A stretch of DNA of 32,000 nucleotides from Candidatus Nanobsidianus stetteri (GTDB lineage: Archaea; Nanobdellota; Nanobdellia; Nanobdellales; Nanobdellaceae). Made by a program: the position numbers and the translations under genes. Positions 23,683-32,000 of this stretch are shown one piece after another; the stretch's first letter is position 1, and the number at the start of each line of letters is the position of its first letter. The stretch lies in assembly GCA_000387965.1 (NCBI GenBank), contig APJZ01000002.1, forward strand, positions 1 to 32,000, given 5' to 3'. The notes under the pieces are model-generated. The model was not told the origin of the DNA, made no database searches, and was given only the letters and a program-made list of their open reading frames with translations.

Positions 23683-24158
23683 TCTATTGTACAAGTACTT
23701 GCAGTTGTATTAACATATATTGTATCCTGTGTATATGCTCCAGTAGATGCTACAATCCTTACCTGATAAAAGTTTGTTGTTACAGAAATATTTGCAACAA
23801 TTGCGATTGTATCATAAGGACCCCATGCAGATGTACCAGTATAACTATTTGCAATATAAATTTTTGTGTTATTTATTAACTCCCCATTAATAAATAATAA
23901 TGTTAAATTCTGATTTAGTACAACACTTCCTCTATTTGTTACATAGAAATATAATAAATTTGTACTACTATTATATGCACAAGAATCTAATGTAATATAG
24001 GTATTTAATTGACTTTCTAATGATTTAGAATTTGCAATTGCAGCATTACTTATACCATTTAAATTATTATATGCAGTAGAAACAAATATATAAGCAGCAA
24101 TACCGGCAACTATAAATAATATAATTTCTACAAGAATTGTTCCAAATTGAGTTTTCAT
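23679..24158 (-). CDS. FlaG/FlaF- or pilin-like small protein with an N-terminal TM helix
   Basis: MKTQFGTILVEIILFIVAGIAAYIFVSTAY is followed by LYFYVTNRGSVVLNQNLTLLFINGELIN (FlaF/G-like beta-sandwich motif). N/S/T-rich with sequons. First gene of a three-gene overlapping or tightly spaced unit. Confidence 0.55.
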   Translation of the reverse strand: MKTQFGTILVEIILFIVAGIAAYIFVSTAYNNLNGISNAAIANSKSLESQLNTYITLDSCAYNSSTNLLYFYVTNRGSVVLNQNLTLLFINGELINNTKIYIANSYTGTSAWGPYDTIAIVANISVTTNFYQVRIVASTGAYTQDTIYVNTTASTCTIE

Positions 24159-24189
24159 TAAGAATTATGATCTATTAAAAAATATAAAT

Positions 24190-25005
24190 CTATTCTATTA
24201 GTTCATATCCTTCAATACCTCTTTCATTCATAATCTTTTTCCATTCTAACATTCTCTCCTGTCTTTTTACTTCTAGTTCACAAACTTTATCCATTATTTT
24301 TAAATTCTGTACACCTTTTATTTCAATTTTTTCTCCCCCTTCTATTGATATATTTACATCTTGTCTAATAGTTCCCAATCCTCTTTTTACTTTTCCGGTT
24401 AATCTTAATATTAATCCAATATATTCAGCTACCTCTTTTACTTCTTTTGGATCCCTTAAATCAGGACCAGTAGATATTTCTATCAATGGTATTCCCAATC
24501 TATCCAATCTATAAATTATATAATCTTCTCCTTCTTCAATTTTTCTTGCAGCATCTTCTTCAATACAAATTGTTCCAATACTTATTTTTTTATCTTTATA
24601 TTTTAATTCCCCATTTAATGATAATAATAATGTTCTTTGAAAGCCAGAAGTATTTGATCCATCCACGACAATTTTTCTCATAACTTGTAAAACTTTTGGA
24701 ATATACATATTAAAAAATGTTGAAATTAGTATTCCAAATTTTAATGCTTCAATATTTATTAAATGTGGTGGTTCTTCATCAAGTTCAACTAAGCAAGAAT
24801 AATCTTTAGAATATTCATATATATATTTTTTATCCTTCATTGTTTCATATTCAGCAGCAATATCTTTTTTTCCAGTTTCGCTTAATGTTGCTCTCAATTT
24901 TCTTTCAGTCCTATAATCATATTTATCACTTAAATTTGTAGGACAATTACAAAATAGTTTTTCTTTTGTATCAATTTGTTGATGTATTTCTAATCCAGCG
25001 ATCAT
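24190..25005 (-). CDS. gatE: Glu-tRNA(Gln) amidotransferase subunit E, N-terminal catalytic (cradle) fragment only (271 aa)
   Basis: GLEIHQQIDTKEKLFCNCPT, CLVELDEEPPH, MRKIVVDGSNTSGFQRT, YRLDRLGIPLIEISTGPD, RGLGTIRQDVNISIEGGEKIEIKGVQNL. I recall full-length GatE as ~620 aa. This ORF stops at ...ERGIEGYELIE, and a pilin-like gene follows instead of the rest of GatE. Confidence 0.85.
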   Translation of the reverse strand: MIAGLEIHQQIDTKEKLFCNCPTNLSDKYDYRTERKLRATLSETGKKDIAAEYETMKDKKYIYEYSKDYSCLVELDEEPPHLINIEALKFGILISTFFNMYIPKVLQVMRKIVVDGSNTSGFQRTLLLSLNGELKYKDKKISIGTICIEEDAARKIEEGEDYIIYRLDRLGIPLIEISTGPDLRDPKEVKEVAEYIGLILRLTGKVKRGLGTIRQDVNISIEGGEKIEIKGVQNLKIMDKVCELEVKRQERMLEWKKIMNERGIEGYELIE

Positions 25006-25056
25006 AAGAATAAAAATATTAAAAAAATTAATAAATTATAATTTCAAAATAAAATT

Positions 25057-25935
25057 ATGCAATTTATGAAAGCAAAGGGATTCTATTCATTTGATTCTTC
25101 TGATTTACTCTCTCAAATCGAACAGTACTTTATGGATAAAAGATATGGACCTGGGTATATTCCAAAAAACATAAAAAAGGAAAAAAATATAATTTCTGGA
25201 ATTGTTCCACATGCAAGTTATGAATACTTTTTACCAGTTTCTATAAAATTGTATAAAGAATTATATGAAAATTTCGATTTTGATACAATAATAATTATTG
25301 GTCCAAATCATTATAATTTTGGTCAAAAGATAAATTTGATAATTGATGATTGGTATACGCCTTTTGGTATAATTAAAACAGATGTGGAATTTGCTAGAAA
25401 AATATTAAATAGTTATGATTCATATGAAAATCCAATATTATCTAGATATGAATATTCAATTGAAGTTCAATTACCTATATTAAGATATTTATTTAAAGAT
25501 AAAGTAAAGATTGTTCCAATAATTGTAAAGGATGTTGAATTAGAAGTGATAAAAGATTTTGTTAAATTATTAAAGGAATTATCTAGAGAATTAAATAGGA
25601 AAATAGTATTAATATCCACTGGAAATTTATATCATCATGGAGAATTTTATGGAAATATTATATATAAGGAAGATATATCTATAAATGTAAAAAAAGAATC
25701 TGAAAAAATAATAGAATATATATTAAATTTAGATTCTGAAAGATTATACAAATTGGAAATAGATAGTAAAATATTTTGTGGAAAATATCCTTTTTTATTC
25801 TTTATAGAATATACAAAATTATATAAGGGAAAAATAGAACTAATAAATCATATTTTATCTTCTGAAATAAACAAAGATGAAAAGAATGTTGTTGATTATG
25901 CTTCCTTATTATCTTATAAATCATTAAAGAAATAA
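25057..25935 (+). CDS. MEMO1-family protein (AmmeMemoRadiSam system protein B-like)
   Basis: GIVPHASYEYFLPVSIKLYKEL, IIIIGPNH, EYSIEVQLPILRYL and VLISTGNLYHHG follow the Memo/UPF0103 motif order. The start may be the second Met (codon 4). Confidence 0.8.
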   Translation: MQFMKAKGFYSFDSSDLLSQIEQYFMDKRYGPGYIPKNIKKEKNIISGIVPHASYEYFLPVSIKLYKELYENFDFDTIIIIGPNHYNFGQKINLIIDDWYTPFGIIKTDVEFARKILNSYDSYENPILSRYEYSIEVQLPILRYLFKDKVKIVPIIVKDVELEVIKDFVKLLKELSRELNRKIVLISTGNLYHHGEFYGNIIYKEDISINVKKESEKIIEYILNLDSERLYKLEIDSKIFCGKYPFLFFIEYTKLYKGKIELINHILSSEINKDEKNVVDYASLLSYKSLKK

Positions 25936-25941
25936 TATATT

Positions 25942-26385
25942 ATGAATACAGATGACTTTAATGACATATATGAAGAAATTAGGAGAGAATTTGCTAGGCA
26001 GATGAAATTATTGAAAAAAATATTCAATAGAGCTAAGAAAGGATTAGGATTTAACTTTGAATATGAAGTACCTGCAGCAGATGTAATAGACAAAGGTGAT
26101 AAATATTTGATAGAGATAGATCTACCAGGGGTTGATAAGAAGGATATAAATGTTACCTTAGTAGATCATCATCTAAAAATTGTAGCATCTAAAAAAGTTG
26201 AAAAAGAAGAAAGAAATGAGAATTATATATTATCTGAAAGAGCATTTTCAGGATATAAAAGGATAATTCCATTACCAGAAGATGCAGATGAGAATTCTAT
26301 AAAGGCAAAATATGAAAATGGAGTATTAAGGATTGAAATAGGAAAGAAACCGGGCTATGAGGGAAAGAAAATTAATTTAGAATAG
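25942..26385 (+). CDS. hsp20: Small heat-shock protein, Hsp20/alpha-crystallin family
   Basis: PAADVIDKGDKYLIEIDLPGVDKKDINVTLVDHHLKIVASKK...FSGYKRIIPLPEDADENSIKAKYENGVLRIEIGKK. Confidence 0.92.
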   Translation: MNTDDFNDIYEEIRREFARQMKLLKKIFNRAKKGLGFNFEYEVPAADVIDKGDKYLIEIDLPGVDKKDINVTLVDHHLKIVASKKVEKEERNENYILSERAFSGYKRIIPLPEDADENSIKAKYENGVLRIEIGKKPGYEGKKINLE

Positions 26386-26414
26386 TTTTTTAATTTTTTA
26401 TAATATAAATTTTT

Positions 26415-27368
26415 ATGAAATATAAATTTGTTGAAGAATTATTATCATCTGCATTTAAAAGGGCTAAGAATAATGGTAATCAATTTTATGACATAAAAGA
26501 GAGAAATATTGTAAAATTGCAGACAATATATCAATATATTGATGATAAGTTAGAAAAAATATATAATGATATAGTTTTACCTGAAAACAAATTCTATAAA
26601 GAATTATATAAATTATTATTTACAGATATAAATATAAAAAAATTGAGAGAAAGGATAAAATATATAAGAAAAATAATAAAGCAAGTTTATTTAAAATATA
26701 AGAATGATATAAAGTTAACAAAAGATAAAAAATTAATAGAAAGATATAGAAGAGAATTTTATGGAAGAATATCTAGTATATTAAGAAGAAATTGGATAAT
26801 ATTTAAATATTATAATATTTATTTAAATAGAAGAAAAAAAGTTCCAAATATTAAAAATTTACCTACAGTTGTTATTTCAGGTTTACCAAATGTTGGAAAA
26901 AGTACATTATTAAAAAATTTAACGGGATCTAATGTTAAAATTGAACCATATCCATTTACAACAAAAGATATAATGATAGGATATATTAAAACACCATATT
27001 TTGATATACAAGTAATTGATACACCAGGGATTTTAGATAGACCTATAGAGGAAATGAACGAAATTGAGAAAAAATCTATATTAGCATTAAATTATCTCGC
27101 AAATTTAATTATATATGTTTTTGATTTGACTGAAACATGTGGGTATAATATTAAAGAACAGATAAATTTATTAAATAACATAAAAAGGATGTTTAATAAA
27201 GAAATAATATTATATTTCTCGAAAAAAGATTTATTTACAGAAAAAGAGGAAAAAATTCTTAATGAATTCATTAAAAATTATAATAATACGAATATTTTTT
27301 ATGATTATAATGAACTAAAAGAATTTTTAATATCTTATATAAAAAATAAAAAGGAATGGTATATATAA
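26415..27368 (+). CDS. NOG1-type GTP-binding protein (COG1084)
   Basis: N-terminal NOG1-like helical domain. G1 is SGLPNVGKSTLL, G2 is YPFTT and G3 is DTPGILDRP. Confidence 0.85.
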   Translation: MKYKFVEELLSSAFKRAKNNGNQFYDIKERNIVKLQTIYQYIDDKLEKIYNDIVLPENKFYKELYKLLFTDINIKKLRERIKYIRKIIKQVYLKYKNDIKLTKDKKLIERYRREFYGRISSILRRNWIIFKYYNIYLNRRKKVPNIKNLPTVVISGLPNVGKSTLLKNLTGSNVKIEPYPFTTKDIMIGYIKTPYFDIQVIDTPGILDRPIEEMNEIEKKSILALNYLANLIIYVFDLTETCGYNIKEQINLLNNIKRMFNKEIILYFSKKDLFTEKEEKILNEFIKNYNNTNIFYDYNELKEFLISYIKNKKEWYI

Positions 27369-27375
27369 ATATATT

Positions 27376-27999
27376 ATGAAGCTAATAGTTTCATCTGATA
27401 TACATAATGATTTTGGAATGATATATAAAATAATAGAATTATATAGAAAGGAAAGACCTGATTATATAGTAATTTTGGGCGATATATCTGAATTAGGAGA
27501 AATAGAAAGAGGATTAATAAAAAAATTAACAGAATATATAGACCCAAACAAAATTTTAATAATACCAGGAAATCATGAAACATCTGAAGATATAGAATTA
27601 TTAGAAAAAATATATAAAATAAGAAATTTAGATAAAAAATATATAATGAAGGATAATTTTGTATTGGTTGGATTTGGAGGAGCAGATGTATTATTAAATG
27701 TAATTGATGAAAAAGAATTTGAAGAATTTTTAAATGAAATAAAGAGAAAAATTAAAGATAAATATATTATTTTATTGACACATATTCCGCCAAAGGGTTC
27801 TATATCTTCTTTAGATATTTCTGGTAGTTATGCATTGACAAAATTTATTCAAAATAATGATAAGGTTATTTTAAATGTACATGGTCATATGCATGAAACT
27901 GGAGGTTTGGAGGAAATAATAAATAAAGCAAAAGTTCTAAATGTTGCAAGAGAAGTAAAATTGGTTGAAATATATGATAAAAAGACAAAAATAAAGTAA
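27376..27999 (+). CDS. Calcineurin-like metallophosphoesterase
   Basis: MKLIVSSDIHND, IVILGDISE, IPGNHE, LLTHIPP, VHGHMHE. Confidence 0.8.
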   Translation: MKLIVSSDIHNDFGMIYKIIELYRKERPDYIVILGDISELGEIERGLIKKLTEYIDPNKILIIPGNHETSEDIELLEKIYKIRNLDKKYIMKDNFVLVGFGGADVLLNVIDEKEFEEFLNEIKRKIKDKYIILLTHIPPKGSISSLDISGSYALTKFIQNNDKVILNVHGHMHETGGLEEIINKAKVLNVAREVKLVEIYDKKTKIK

Positions 28000-28167
28000 A
28001 GATAAGTAATTAGTTAGTAAGAAGTGGAAAATTAAAAGAGATAGTACTGGAGCAGTATATTTATAAAGAATATTTATTGATTATCAAAGAAATAAATATT
28101 TATAACTGTCATTTCTAGATTTATCGTAGAAAGGAATTTTTATAAAAGTTTATTATAAAATGTTTAA

Positions 28168-31100
28168 ATGAGTAATATAGAGTTTATAAATGATTTTTCT
28201 CACGAAAAAGAAAAAGAAGTTGTTTTAGGACAAAAAAATTATAAAATAAAAAAAGTTATTAAAAGAGATGGAAGAATTGTTGATTTTGATCCTGAAAGAA
28301 TAAAATATGCTGTAGAAAGAGCAATGAAAGCTGTTGGTCAATATGATAAAGAAAAATTAGAGAAAGTTGTTGAGTATATAATAAGGGTATTAGAGGAAAA
28401 ATATGATGATATAAAATATCCAACTGTTGAAGAGATTCAAGATATTGTTGAATTATCTTTATTGAAATTTGATTTATATGATGTTGCTAAGGCATATATT
28501 TCTTATAGAAAAGAAAAAGAAAAAATAAGAGAAGAAAAGAAGAATTTATTGGGAAAATTCTATGAGGAAGAAGTTGCAAAAAGATTTTCTGTTAATTCAA
28601 TTAGATTAATGGTAAATAGATATTTATTAAGAAATGAAAATAAAGAATTAATAGAAGGTCCAAAACAAATGTTTGAGAGGGTTGCAGCATTAATTGTAAT
28701 ACCAGATTTATTATATGATGAAAGAATATATGATAAAGATGGAAAACAAAAAGTACATCCAAAAGAAGAATTTGATTTTGTAAAAAATGAGAATAAATAT
28801 GGATTACCAATAAAAGATCCTAAATTTAGATGGAATAGATATCATTTAGAAAGAATGAAATATTTGTATGATTATTTAAATGAAAGGGGTCATATGAAGG
28901 TTTCATGGTCAGAATTTATAAATATGTTAGAAAAAGGAGAATTTGACAAATATTACGAAAACTTTTATCAATATTATGACTTAATGGTAAGTAAAAGATT
29001 TATGCCAAATTCTCCAACATTATTTAACGCAGGCGCTGCTTTAGGACAATTATCTGCATGTTTTGTATTAGATATTGATGACAGCATGGAATCTATAATG
29101 AAATCAGCAACAGATGCAGCTTTAATATTTAAATCTGGAGGTGGAATTGGAATAAATTATTCAAAATTAAGACCTGAAGGTGATGTTGTCGCATCTACTG
29201 GAGGTGTTGCTTCAGGTCCTGTTTCATTTATGAAAATTATAGATACAGTTACAGATGTAGTAAAACAGGGAGGAAAGAGAAGAGGGGCAAACATGGGAAT
29301 TTTGGAATCTTGGCATCCAGAAATATTTAAATTTATCCATTTAAAGGAAAAGGAAGGTGTATTAGAGAACTTTAATATATCTATAATGTATGATCCATCT
29401 TTTTGGGAATATTTTGAAAATAAAAAAGAATATCCATTAATTAATCCAAGATTATTAAGGAAATATAATTTACCTTTCCCCGGAGATCCAAATTTTGATA
29501 TAAATAAAATACCGAAAGAGGCAATTGCAGGATATGTAAACCCAGAAACAGTATTACAAGAAGCGTCATATGTTGCATGGGAAAAAGGAGATCCAGGATG
29601 TTTATTTATGGATAATATAAATAGAAGAAATGTTCAATATAAATATAGAGGACCAATTAGAGCAACAAACCCATGTGTAACCGGAGACACAAGAATTTTA
29701 ACCCCATATGGTCTTATGAGGGCTGAAACCTTACTTTATTTAAATAACGAAAATGGTAGTGATATAAATAATATAAAACTCTTAGTAGATGGAGAAGGTC
29801 AAATTTTGTATACAACAGTTTATGGAAAAACATTGAGTGTAAGTTCTCCAATATTAGTTGATGCAAAAGTTTGGAAAGTTGGATTTAAACCAACTGTTAA
29901 ATTAATTTTAGAAAATGGAATGGAGATTGAAGTAACTGAAGATCATAGGATACTTACAAAAGATGGATGGGTAGAAGCAAAATATTCTGAGGGAAAAGAA
30001 GTAAAAATAGCAAGAATTGATATTGATAAGTTAGAAAATTATGGATTAAAAGAAGTTGATGGAATAAAATTGGATAGAGAATTAGGATTCTTATTAGGAT
30101 GGTTGGTTGGTAATGGATATGTTGGAGAAAAAGTATTCTTTTACTTTAATGCTAAAACTGAGAGAGAAGTTTCTGAATATGTAAAAGAATTACTTGAAAA
30201 GAAATTTGGAGTAAATGTTAGTAAGTACGAAAGAAATAATGAGATATGGATTTATGTAAGTAAGGAAGAAGTTGTTGAAATTTTCAAAAAACTAATGAGA
30301 AAGAAAACTAGTTTGCCAGAAATTGTTTTCCTAGCAAATTCAGAATTTGTTAAAGGATTCTTGAATGGTTTGTTCTCAGCAGATGGGTATATTGATAAAG
30401 ATGGAGCAATAAGATTAACATCATCTAATAAAGATTTATTGAAAGAAGTACAAATTTTACTAACTTTATATGGTATATTTTCAAAGATTTATGAAAGACC
30501 ATATAAGAGAAAGTTTGAATATATTACTGTAAATGGTGAAAAGAGAGAATATGAAACAAAAGGATATTATGAACTTATAATCAAAAATTATAGTAGGAAA
30601 ATTTTCGAAGAAAAGATAAAATTAGTAAATTATAAAAATGAAAAACTACTTGAAAGACTAAATAAAACTAAAATAGATGATAATTATGTTAAAATTGTGA
30701 GAGTAGAATATGTTGGTGAAAAAATGGTTTATGATTTTAGTGTTCCAGGATTTAATAGATATATTTCTAATGGAATAATAAGTCACAATTGTGGAGAACA
30801 GCCTCTATATCCATATGAATCTTGTAATTTAGGATCAATTAATCTATATGCTCTGGTTGAATTTAAAGATGGAAAGGCAGAATTTAATTGGAATAAATAT
30901 ATTGAAACAATAAAATGGGCGTATAGATTTTTAGATAATGTAATAGATGTAAATAAATATCCAATAAAGGAAATTGAAGAAGCTTCAAAATCTGTAAGAA
31001 GAGTTGGTCTTGGATTTATGGGATTAGCAGATTTATTCTATGCATTGGAAATTCCATATACATCGGAAGAGGCATATAAGTTATTGATGAAAATATCAGA

Positions 31101-32000
31101 ATATTTAACATATTATTCAATGTTAGAATCTGTTGAAAGAGCAAAAACAAGGGGTAAATTTGATAGATATGAACAAACAACATATAAAGATGGAGAATTG
31201 CCTGTAGAAGGATATTATCATAGAGAATTATGGACATTAGATTGGGAATATTTGAAAGAACAAATAATAAAGTATGGAATAAGAAATGTTGAAGTTACAT
31301 CAATTGCTCCTACGGGTTCTATATCAATGTTAGCAGATACTTCTTCAGGTATTGAACCACAATATTCTTTAGTATATGAAAAAAGAGTAACTGCTGGTGT
31401 ATATTATTATGTAGATCAAGAATTGGAAAGACAATTAAGGGAAAGAGGATTATATAATAATGATATATTAAAGAAAATATCTGATAATGGAGGAAGTTTA
31501 TTAGGAATAAAAGAGATACCAGACGATTTGAAAGCAATATTCTTAACAGCATTAGATATACCATGGTGGGATCATATAAGAGCACAGGCAGTTGCCCAAA
31601 TATGGATAACTACATCAATATCAAAAACAATTAATATGCCAAATTGGGTTCAACCTGATGATGTATATTATTCATATCTATTAGCATATAAGATGGGATG
31701 TAAAGGAATTACAATATATAGAGATGGATCAAAGTCTTCGCAAGTATATGTAGCCCCTGCTGAATCAAGTAAAGCAAGATTTGCAGATTACTTTAGATTA
31801 ATTAAAGAAGGTAAAATAAATAATAGAACGATTGAAATATTAAATCAATATGGAATAAAGTTGCCAAACTGGTATTATGAATTAAATAACAATGTTGAAT
31901 TACCAAAAGTGAAATTGAATGTAAACATTAATAATACAATAAAAGTTGAAGAAAATGGAAATAATAAAGTTGAAAAATGTCCTGTATGTGGATCTACAAG
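28168..32000 (+). CDS. nrdJ: Class II (adenosylcobalamin-type) ribonucleoside reductase with an N-terminal ATP-cone, interrupted by one intein; the C-terminus lies beyond the right edge
   Basis: Absent from the ORF track because no stop occurs in the window. ATG at 28168. The ATP-cone is VIKRDGRIVDFDPERIKYAVERAM. The core has NAGAALGQLSACFVLDIDDSMESI, FKSGGGIGINYSKLRPEGD, GGKRRGANMGIL, TNP|CGEQPLYPYESCNLGSINL, SIAPTGSIS, SISKTINMP and GITIYRDGSK. The window ends in a C-terminal Zn-finger start (KCPVCGST). Confidence 0.93.
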   Translation, partial: MSNIEFINDFSHEKEKEVVLGQKNYKIKKVIKRDGRIVDFDPERIKYAVERAMKAVGQYDKEKLEKVVEYIIRVLEEKYDDIKYPTVEEIQDIVELSLLKFDLYDVAKAYISYRKEKEKIREEKKNLLGKFYEEEVAKRFSVNSIRLMVNRYLLRNENKELIEGPKQMFERVAALIVIPDLLYDERIYDKDGKQKVHPKEEFDFVKNENKYGLPIKDPKFRWNRYHLERMKYLYDYLNERGHMKVSWSEFINMLEKGEFDKYYENFYQYYDLMVSKRFMPNSPTLFNAGAALGQLSACFVLDIDDSMESIMKSATDAALIFKSGGGIGINYSKLRPEGDVVASTGGVASGPVSFMKIIDTVTDVVKQGGKRRGANMGILESWHPEIFKFIHLKEKEGVLENFNISIMYDPSFWEYFENKKEYPLINPRLLRKYNLPFPGDPNFDINKIPKEAIAGYVNPETVLQEASYVAWEKGDPGCLFMDNINRRNVQYKYRGPIRATNPCVTGDTRILTPYGLMRAETLLYLNNENGSDINNIKLLVDGEGQILYTTVYGKTLSVSSPILVDAKVWKVGFKPTVKLILENGMEIEVTEDHRILTKDGWVEAKYSEGKEVKIARIDIDKLENYGLKEVDGIKLDRELGFLLGWLVGNGYVGEKVFFYFNAKTEREVSEYVKELLEKKFGVNVSKYERNNEIWIYVSKEEVVEIFKKLMRKKTSLPEIVFLANSEFVKGFLNGLFSADGYIDKDGAIRLTSSNKDLLKEVQILLTLYGIFSKIYERPYKRKFEYITVNGEKREYETKGYYELIIKNYSRKIFEEKIKLVNYKNEKLLERLNKTKIDDNYVKIVRVEYVGEKMVYDFSVPGFNRYISNGIISHNCGEQPLYPYESCNLGSINLYALVEFKDGKAEFNWNKYIETIKWAYRFLDNVIDVNKYPIKEIEEASKSVRRVGLGFMGLADLFYALEIPYTSEEAYKLLMKISEYLTYYSMLESVERAKTRGKFDRYEQTTYKDGELPVEGYYHRELWTLDWEYLKEQIIKYGIRNVEVTSIAPTGSISMLADTSSGIEPQYSLVYEKRVTAGVYYYVDQELERQLRERGLYNNDILKKISDNGGSLLGIKEIPDDLKAIFLTALDIPWWDHIRAQAVAQIWITTSISKTINMPNWVQPDDVYYSYLLAYKMGCKGITIYRDGSKSSQVYVAPAESSKARFADYFRLIKEGKINNRTIEILNQYGIKLPNWYYELNNNVELPKVKLNVNINNTIKVEENGNNKVEKCPVCGST
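29674..30789 (+). mobile_element. Intein (372 aa) with a LAGLIDADG homing-endonuclease domain, inserted at the TNP/CGE active-site motif of the RNR
   Basis: In-frame insert. Block A is CVTGDTRILTPYG and block B is VEVTEDHRILTKDGW. The LAGLIDADG motifs are LGFLLGWLVGNGYV and VKGFLNGLFSADGYI. The C-terminal block is VYDFSVPGFNRYISNGIISHN, followed by the +1 Cys of CGEQPL. Removing it restores the conserved TNPCGEQPL. Confidence 0.9.

Noticed and set aside
23683-23694. TTG start proposed by the track for the second pilin-like ORF (MYNR...)
   Set aside because: The plus strand reads caa at 23692-23694, so the codon is TTG, not ATG. The ATG at 23682 forms an ATGA overlap with the upstream stop and is the more likely start.
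28601-31585. Minus-strand ORFs (69, 73 and 88 aa) inside the RNR region
   Set aside because: They are antisense to an uninterrupted plus-strand frame of more than 1270 codons with unmistakable class II RNR and intein motifs.
1-32000. CRISPR arrays, rRNA genes, transposases/IS elements and integrases
   Set aside because: I looked for regularly spaced direct repeats, long GC-rich RNA blocks and DDE or tyrosine-recombinase-like ORFs on both strands and found none. The only mobile element I can support is the RNR intein.

Overview
The window is extremely AT-rich archaeal DNA. The gene content (PolD small subunit, Orc1/Cdc6, ABCE1, RpoL, GatE, archaeal uS14/uS8/uL18, a class II RNR with an intein) and the architecture (scattered ribosomal-protein genes, apparently split or truncated genes, ATGA-type gene overlaps) look like a reduced DPANN/Nanoarchaeota-type genome. 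That lineage call is inference, not a database hit. I call about 30 CDS. Three were missed by the ORF track: a topoisomerase IA running off the left edge, a class II ribonucleotide reductase running off the right edge, and a 51-aa zinc-ribbon ORF. I also call two tRNAs (Ser-GGA, His-GUG), one intein, one candidate replication origin and one candidate H/ACA guide RNA. There are no CRISPR arrays, rRNA genes or transposases. The observations most worth follow-up are listed here. (1) A GC-rich hairpin-ACA element with H/ACA-sRNA geometry sits 5 nt upstream of tRNA-Ser. (2) A compositionally atypical orphan ORF and a VapBC pair lie in a roughly 6-kb accessory-looking block that ends at the 3' side of that tRNA. 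(3) A three-gene operon encodes proteins with an N-terminal pilin/FlaF-FlaG-like helix, ending in a 521-aa lectin-like (DUF2341/LamG-like) surface protein that could be a host-attachment factor. (4) A GatE gene appears to encode only the N-terminal 271 aa. (5) uS14 carries an obligatory N-terminal extension of about 65 aa. (6) A candidate oriC lies upstream of an overlapping cdc6-dp1 pair. All domain assignments come from motif recognition by eye and need HMM or structure confirmation.
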